A DNA stretch of 64,000 nucleotides. Origin: Styela clava (Eukaryota). The position numbers and the translations under genes are program-made. Numbering within the stretch: position 1 is the stretch's first letter; each line of letters starts with the position of its first letter. Below the pieces are notes generated by a model. It was not told the origin of the DNA and made no database searches. It worked only from the letters and a program-made list of their open reading frames with translations. Below are positions 58,432-64,000 of this stretch, in pieces. The stretch lies in contig NC_135261.1 in assembly GCF_964204865.1 (NCBI RefSeq), positions 9,982,001 to 10,046,000 on the forward strand, in the 5' to 3' direction.

Positions 58432-59784
58432 TATGGTGGCCCATCGTTGTCACACGTAAAATTTAAAATAAAAATAAAAAACCGAAAATAAAAAAATAGT
58501 TGTGAAAAAAACATAAAAATAATTTGTCAACGTTGTCAGGCATAATCCTACGCGCACAAATGTGTTCCCTGGGTTTCCAACTCACTACTGATTTTCTTGA
58601 GCAATATTCAATATGAAAATGTTCTATAAATTCTCCATGCTACAAGTTCAACAAGAAGGAATATATTTATAATAATGATAAGAGAATATAAAATTGAATA
58701 CAAAAATTTGTTTTTACGTGTAGAAGGTAATTTAATTGGAGAATGCTGCTTAACTACTCAGTTGTCTGAACACTCGCGATGCCGGTACCGTACCGTCTTA
58801 CCAAATACCCGTAGTCGGTTATAGTCGCTTTGCGTCTGATCGTACCGGTAGTCATGCAATCACTCATGAAAGAATGGGAGATACGGATAGTCTCGTAGAA
58901 TATAGACTACTGAAACACTCTCTGCGCCTGCCCCATACCGTACAGCCGTAACGTACCGATCCAGACAAATGATAAATCGCCCGTGCTCAACCATTTATTC
59001 CTATTCATACCTCGACTCACTATATTCGACTAAGATCAAGGAATGGATTGAAATAAATGGTTGTGCACGAGCGATTTATCATTTGTCTGAATCGGTACGT
59101 TACGGCTGTACGGTATGGGGCAGGCGCAGAGAGTGTTTCAGTAGTCTATATTCTACGAGACTATCCGTATCTCCCATTCTTTCATGAGTGATTGCATGGG
59201 TACCAGTACGGTCAGACGGTACCGTACCGGCATCGCACGAGTGTCCAGACAACTGAGCAGTCAAGCAGCATTTTCCAATTAAACTACCTTATACACGTAA
59301 AAACAAATTTTTCGTATTCAATTCTATATTCTCTTATCATTATTATAAATATATTGCTTGTGGTTGAACTTGTAGCATGGAGAATTTATAGAACATTTTC
59401 ATGTTGAATTTATTGGATATAGCTCATGAAAATCAGTAGTGAGTTAGAAACCCAGGAAACACATTTGTGCGTGTAGGATTAAGCTTGACAACGTTGGTCC
59501 CAAGCAGCATCAAATTTTCTAAAAATAAAAACGCGTGACAACGATGGGCCACGAGGCGGACCATCGTTGTCAACCTTTTTGTTTTCTTTTTATCCAATTT
59601 TTTTTTTTAATTTTTTTTTTTTTCAGTTTTTTTTTCTTAAATTTTTTTTTTTACATTTAATAATTTTTTTGGTTTTTTTTTTTTTTTTCAATTATTTATA
59701 TGTTTTTTCACAACTATTTTTTTATTTTCGCTTTTTCATTTTATTTTTTATTAATTTTACGCGTGACAACGATGGGCCACCATA
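58432..59784. mobile_element. Palindromic non-autonomous DNA transposon, 1353 bp, 6-bp TSD (IS3EU-like termini)
   Basis: TIRs TATGGTGGCCCATCGTTGTCAC / GTGACAACGATGGGCCACCATA; TSD CTAATC (58426-58431, 59785-59790); empty site at ~50254. Internal inverted arms at ~58527-59015 and ~59035-59497. Confidence 0.88.
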
Positions 59785-60773
59785 CTAATCCTTTATACAT
59801 GACCCTGGTATATCAGAGCTAGACAATGATAGATAAGGGAATCCCCATGTGTGAGATGTCTTTTAGCAAACGAAAATATTGATTAGTAGAGCACAAACGA
59901 GATTAACGCAATGACTCACAAAAGTAGTATAGCTTTAAAAATATTCAACGATTTTTACAATTACCTATAAGCAAGTTACTATATAGTATGGCCAGGGCAT
60001 AATAATTATTGACACTCGTGCTACGGGAAAGTCGGAAGTTTCCTGACCGTTCCGTTCAGTGGACTAAGTAAAGTACTGTATATATAAGGTAAATTTTGAG
60101 TCCATATATTTTATCTTCGCTAAGTTGTTTGTATTTAACGAAACCCCATGCACACACTGATATGTACAAAACGTTTTTAACTTATATTATGCGTTGTTGT
60201 GTAACAATAACTTATTGGACACGAAACGGACCTATATATTGTATTGATATTATGTTGTTGTTAAAACTCATTAACTTGTTGTTATGAAAAAAATCCGCAT
60301 CACCATCCGCATACTTTTGTGGGCCTTATTACGCCAATGTGACGTCGAAATGACGTACTTTTTCGGTGATGTAGTCAGGTGGGGGTTAGGATTGGCATAT
60401 GCAAAAATTGTTGAGACAGGCCAACTAGATGTGCATGTGGTACTAAACTATACCGGTACCAGACCCCGTACCGGTACTGTGAAATACATCGAACGCACTA
60501 AAGATAGCTATCATCCTCGTATTGACGTGATTGTGGCGTAGCAGTGACGTAATTTTTAGATGACGTAGTCAGATGGGGGTCAGGGAAGACGTATGCAAAT
60601 AATGTTATACCACGCCTATTAGAAATACTTGTGGTACTAAACTGTAAACTGTAGCCATTCCGAAGTCTCAGCTTCGTCCAGGATATGGTTTCGGTTAAAA
60701 GAATTGGATATTCCATATTCATACTATATTGATATTTATGGATTAGAAGCATTGGACGTTACAATATAATAAA

Positions 60774-61645
60774 ATGAAGAACCCTTATTTGATTGCATTT
60801 TTCGTTGTGACGACTCTCGGAATACTTTTAAATGTCGTGGCTCTCGCAACCAATGGTTGGATTAATTGATGGGTACAAAGTACAGAAGATCATCCTCAGT
60901 ATTTTGCTATAGGATTGTTTTGAGCATGTGTTGATGGGACTTGTGCTCATATGGGTGAGATTAGGTTGAATAATTTAAGTAGGATGTACACACGATGTAT
61001 TTTCAAATGATGACCAATGTGGACACTAATACAAGAGACTGTGTTCACTATCTTATAGTGCCAAAAATTCCTACCCCATTTCTTGTGTTTTTTCAGTTAC
61101 CTCCGTACGGGAACAAGTTACAACCGCTTTTCTTATGATGTCATTGATAATTCAAATTACTGCAATTCTCCTCGCTTTGGTAACTCACATTGGAATGGAT
61201 GACCAAAATAACAATGTTACAAAGTGTTGCATTTTATCTGGTATGTATGTGTGAATTGTTTTGTTGGGATCTCAATATTTGAATTTATATATATTTGGCG
61301 AAGATATAGAAAAAAACAACCAATTTTTAAGAAAGCTATTTAAATATCCTTATCTTACCCCAAGTTCAGTTTCCAGTTCCTGGACTTAACCTAAAATGTA
61401 TTTTGACTGTGATCTTATATATAGTTGACTTTCTGTAGGTTTGACACTGGATGTACTATCTATTTTGAAATTTTCTTTTTTTTTCAGCTACATTTATTTT
61501 CATCGCAGTCGCTTGTTATGGAGTATTGTTTGATCGTACCGGGATAAGTTATGAAGGTTATAGAATTGGATACAGTTTTGGGATAGCGTGTACAGTAGGC
61601 GTGATGAACATCGCATCTGCAATCTTGATATGTAGAGGAACGTAG
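60774..61645 (+). pseudogene. PMP22/claudin-like pseudogene, duplicate with two TGAs
   Basis: Copy of 51248-52094, with TGA at 60867-60869 (new) and 60921-60923 (shared). Confidence 0.82.
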
Positions 61646-62465
61646 CCTCCATATTAAAGCAAACTTTCAGTTCGTACAAGAAATATTTCCTCATATGACC
61701 AAAAGTGAGCACCAAGGTTCTATAATATTAACGTCAACCATTGTTGGTTATACATCTCAACATATACCAGGAGCTTATGCAATCACCAAAGCATCGATCA
61801 GTGCTATGGTTCGTGCCTTCATGGCAGAACTAAAGAATCGAAACCTACGAATAAATTGTCTCTCATTTGGTGGAATTGATACTTCGTTTTTTCAAAAAGT
61901 TCAACGGAACCAATCTTTAAGAGAAAATCTTTTGAGTTTAATTTCGATGAAACGTTTTGGAAAGGCTGACGAATACGCCGGACTCGCGGCATATTTAGCT
62001 CCAGACGATGCTAGTTACGTCACATGGGAGAATTTCCTAATATCTGGAGGATGGTATAGCACATAGGTTCTCAAAGTGCTCCGTACGGAGCCCCAGGGCT
62101 CCGCGAGAGAAACCCAGGGGCTCCACGAGCTATTCGATTACTCTTCAAAATACTGACTCAAAATTTTGTAACTGTTCAAAGAAGCAATAACAGCTTTGAT
62201 AACATCTGACAACAATATAGCCTCGAAATATGGTAAAGGGCCGGAATTAAAAAATGACATTATTTATGAGCAGTAGCGAATATTAATAAACCCTATTAAA
62301 AAAGGTTCAGCATTTAGAATAAATATAGTACTTTTAACTTGCTCGGGAATAATAATCTGAAAGTAACAATTTTAAAATTTATTTTGGGGCTCCGCGAATA
62401 ATATTCAACCTTTCAAGGGCTCCGCAACACCAAAAGTTTGAGAACCCCTGGATAGCAGACCGTAA
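61646..62465 (+). pseudogene. DHRS4-like half exon 2, with a hAT insertion three codons before the stop
   Basis: Open from LHIKANFQ to GGWYS; the final RP* resumes after 62450. Confidence 0.82.
62062..62450. mobile_element. hAT-type MITE, 389 bp
   Basis: CATAGGTTCTCAAA / TTTGAGAACCCCTG; TSD GTATAGCA / G-ATAGCA (one base lost); GGGCTCCGC repeats; absent at ~52505. Confidence 0.85.
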
Positions 62466-64000
62466 GAGCCAATAAATGAGAAAAGAAATCCTATCATAAC
62501 GAACTCAATGTACTATCAAACGATTTTATTCAAGAGTATTCAGTTGCAAATAGAATTCGACGTTACCCAACTCGGAGCAGTGAAGGGAATTGGAACGCTA
62601 TTCAGTATTAACGTGTAACGATGAATCTTAAAGTACTTAGGCTGGTCACGTGAATCTTATATCGTGGTTGATTACTTATGTTGGGCACATCTGTTTCAAG
62701 TGTAAAGAGCTGTATAAAGAGTTATCTCACTAATGAATCATCACGCCATAACTCATGGCTTATGGCCCATAAGCCATTATTTTATGACATTTTCAATATA
62801 TGCATTCCATATGGAACCATTACTTCGTATAGTCTCCGAATGTGATATAAAACAATCAAATGTGCTTGATTTAGGAATATTCACGTCTTTTGTTTTCAAT
62901 ATGTTGATAACTTGCGAGAGACATTTTTGATATATGATCAAGATACACATGTCTTTCATTTGTGTCTATAAGTTTAGATTGGACCTACTAAATCAGGTAC
63001 TTATCGTCGTTGACCAGTTGGGTCAGATTTGATGGCGCTGCTGGGCCCTAGCCCAAATATGCGAGCCCGGCTCTGCTTTATTCAATAATCATGAAATAGG
63101 TCAAATGTTGTAAATATTTTCCTATTTTAGTGTTTTGATATTTAATGCGTCACACAATACATGAACGTATTTTAATTGCATCGAAATGAATTTGATTAAA
63201 CCCGATAACACATATAAGACATACCAAGAAAATGGTTAGATATTTCTTCGTCCTATTTGATACTTGCAACCAATAACGCAACTTTATATTTAATTTTGAA
63301 ATCCTTGTGCATAAATGACAATCTTTCATATAGGTGGTATGATAAGTAGCAAATGGATGAATGAAGATTTTTTTTAATTAATTTTAAAAGGTATATATAA
63401 TTGTTTTGTCTCATATACTCATTCTCACTATATGGTAATAAATATATTTCTCTTTTCGAAAAGTAATGTAATTCGTAAAGTAACATCTGACATTGTCAGA
63501 AAGATTTGGTACTGTGACCGGCGCTTCATAAAGAGACTTGACTGGTTTCATCAACTACTTAATTGAAGCTCTCGTGACCAGATGACTTTGAACAAGTAAC
63601 AATTATGTTGATGCTTCATATTCTGACATTTTCACGTTAACATTTGTTGGGATAGGATCTGGAATTCTGAACTAGATTGAACTCACCATTACAGTTGACA
63701 AATCGGATATCAAACAAATTTTTAAGAAAATTATATAAAAAGACCCGTATGTATATTATAGTCCGTTATCTATTATTATGTAGAAAAGTTCTCGATTTTG
63801 GCAACAAGCAGTACATATTAAAAATTAATTAGTCAAATTGCATCCAAATTGTAAAGTTAGTTGGTGGGGGTGGAATCTCCTCCGTTTGCCACTGCCTAAC
63901 AAATTTATTGCACTCTGGGTGAGATGGAGCATTGTTCGAAACCCAAACCCTCCCCAACGCTATTCCCGGAATAGCAACATAATGTATTGCTTGCAAAAAG

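Larger units (their letters stand above)
45253..64000 (+). repeat. Tandem segmental duplication: units ~45253-52611, ~52612-62562, ~62563-window end
   Basis: Each unit starts TTACCCAACTCGGARCAGTGAAGGGAATTG and is collinear (spacer, DHRS4 gene, claudin-like pseudogene, half DHRS4). Length differences come mainly from discrete insertions. An older related flank starts at ~41520. Confidence 0.92.

Noticed and set aside
59567-59788. Phe-rich 73-aa ORF
   Set aside because: Translation of the T-rich subterminal tract of the palindromic element.

Overview
AT-rich, intron-containing animal genomic DNA. It resembles a marine invertebrate such as an ascidian, but the taxon cannot be fixed from sequence alone. 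From left to right: (1) two tandem secreted C-type-lectin-like genes (740-3778, 5661-9259). (2) An 11-exon coiled-coil gene resembling CCDC73 (11298-18438). (3) An intact 3-exon PMP22/EMP/claudin-superfamily gene (20698-37665). Its first intron has grown from about 0.7 kb to about 15.9 kb through a four-tier transposon nest: hAT-Blackjack relic > very young BEL/Pao LTR retrotransposon > 4.7-kb foldback element with modular 1.3-kb arms > small MITE. (4) A birth-and-death tandem array of divergent DHRS4-like short-chain dehydrogenases (38.9-62.5 kb). It holds two intact copies, one frameshifted copy, several fragments, and two half-genes fused directly behind claudin-like pseudogenes. Because the array units are duplicated, they supply empty sites that define many insertions exactly: Buster-type hAT elements, DINE-1/Helentron-like elements, a tRNA-derived SINE and a 1.35-kb almost fully palindromic element with a 6-bp TSD (IS3EU-like ends). 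An L1/Tx1 3' end lies between array copies. The best candidates for something undescribed are the modular foldback family, the palindromic IS3EU-like element, and the PTS1-less, Asn-to-His DHRS4 subfamily. No prokaryote-type system such as CRISPR is present. All exon models and alignments were read by eye.
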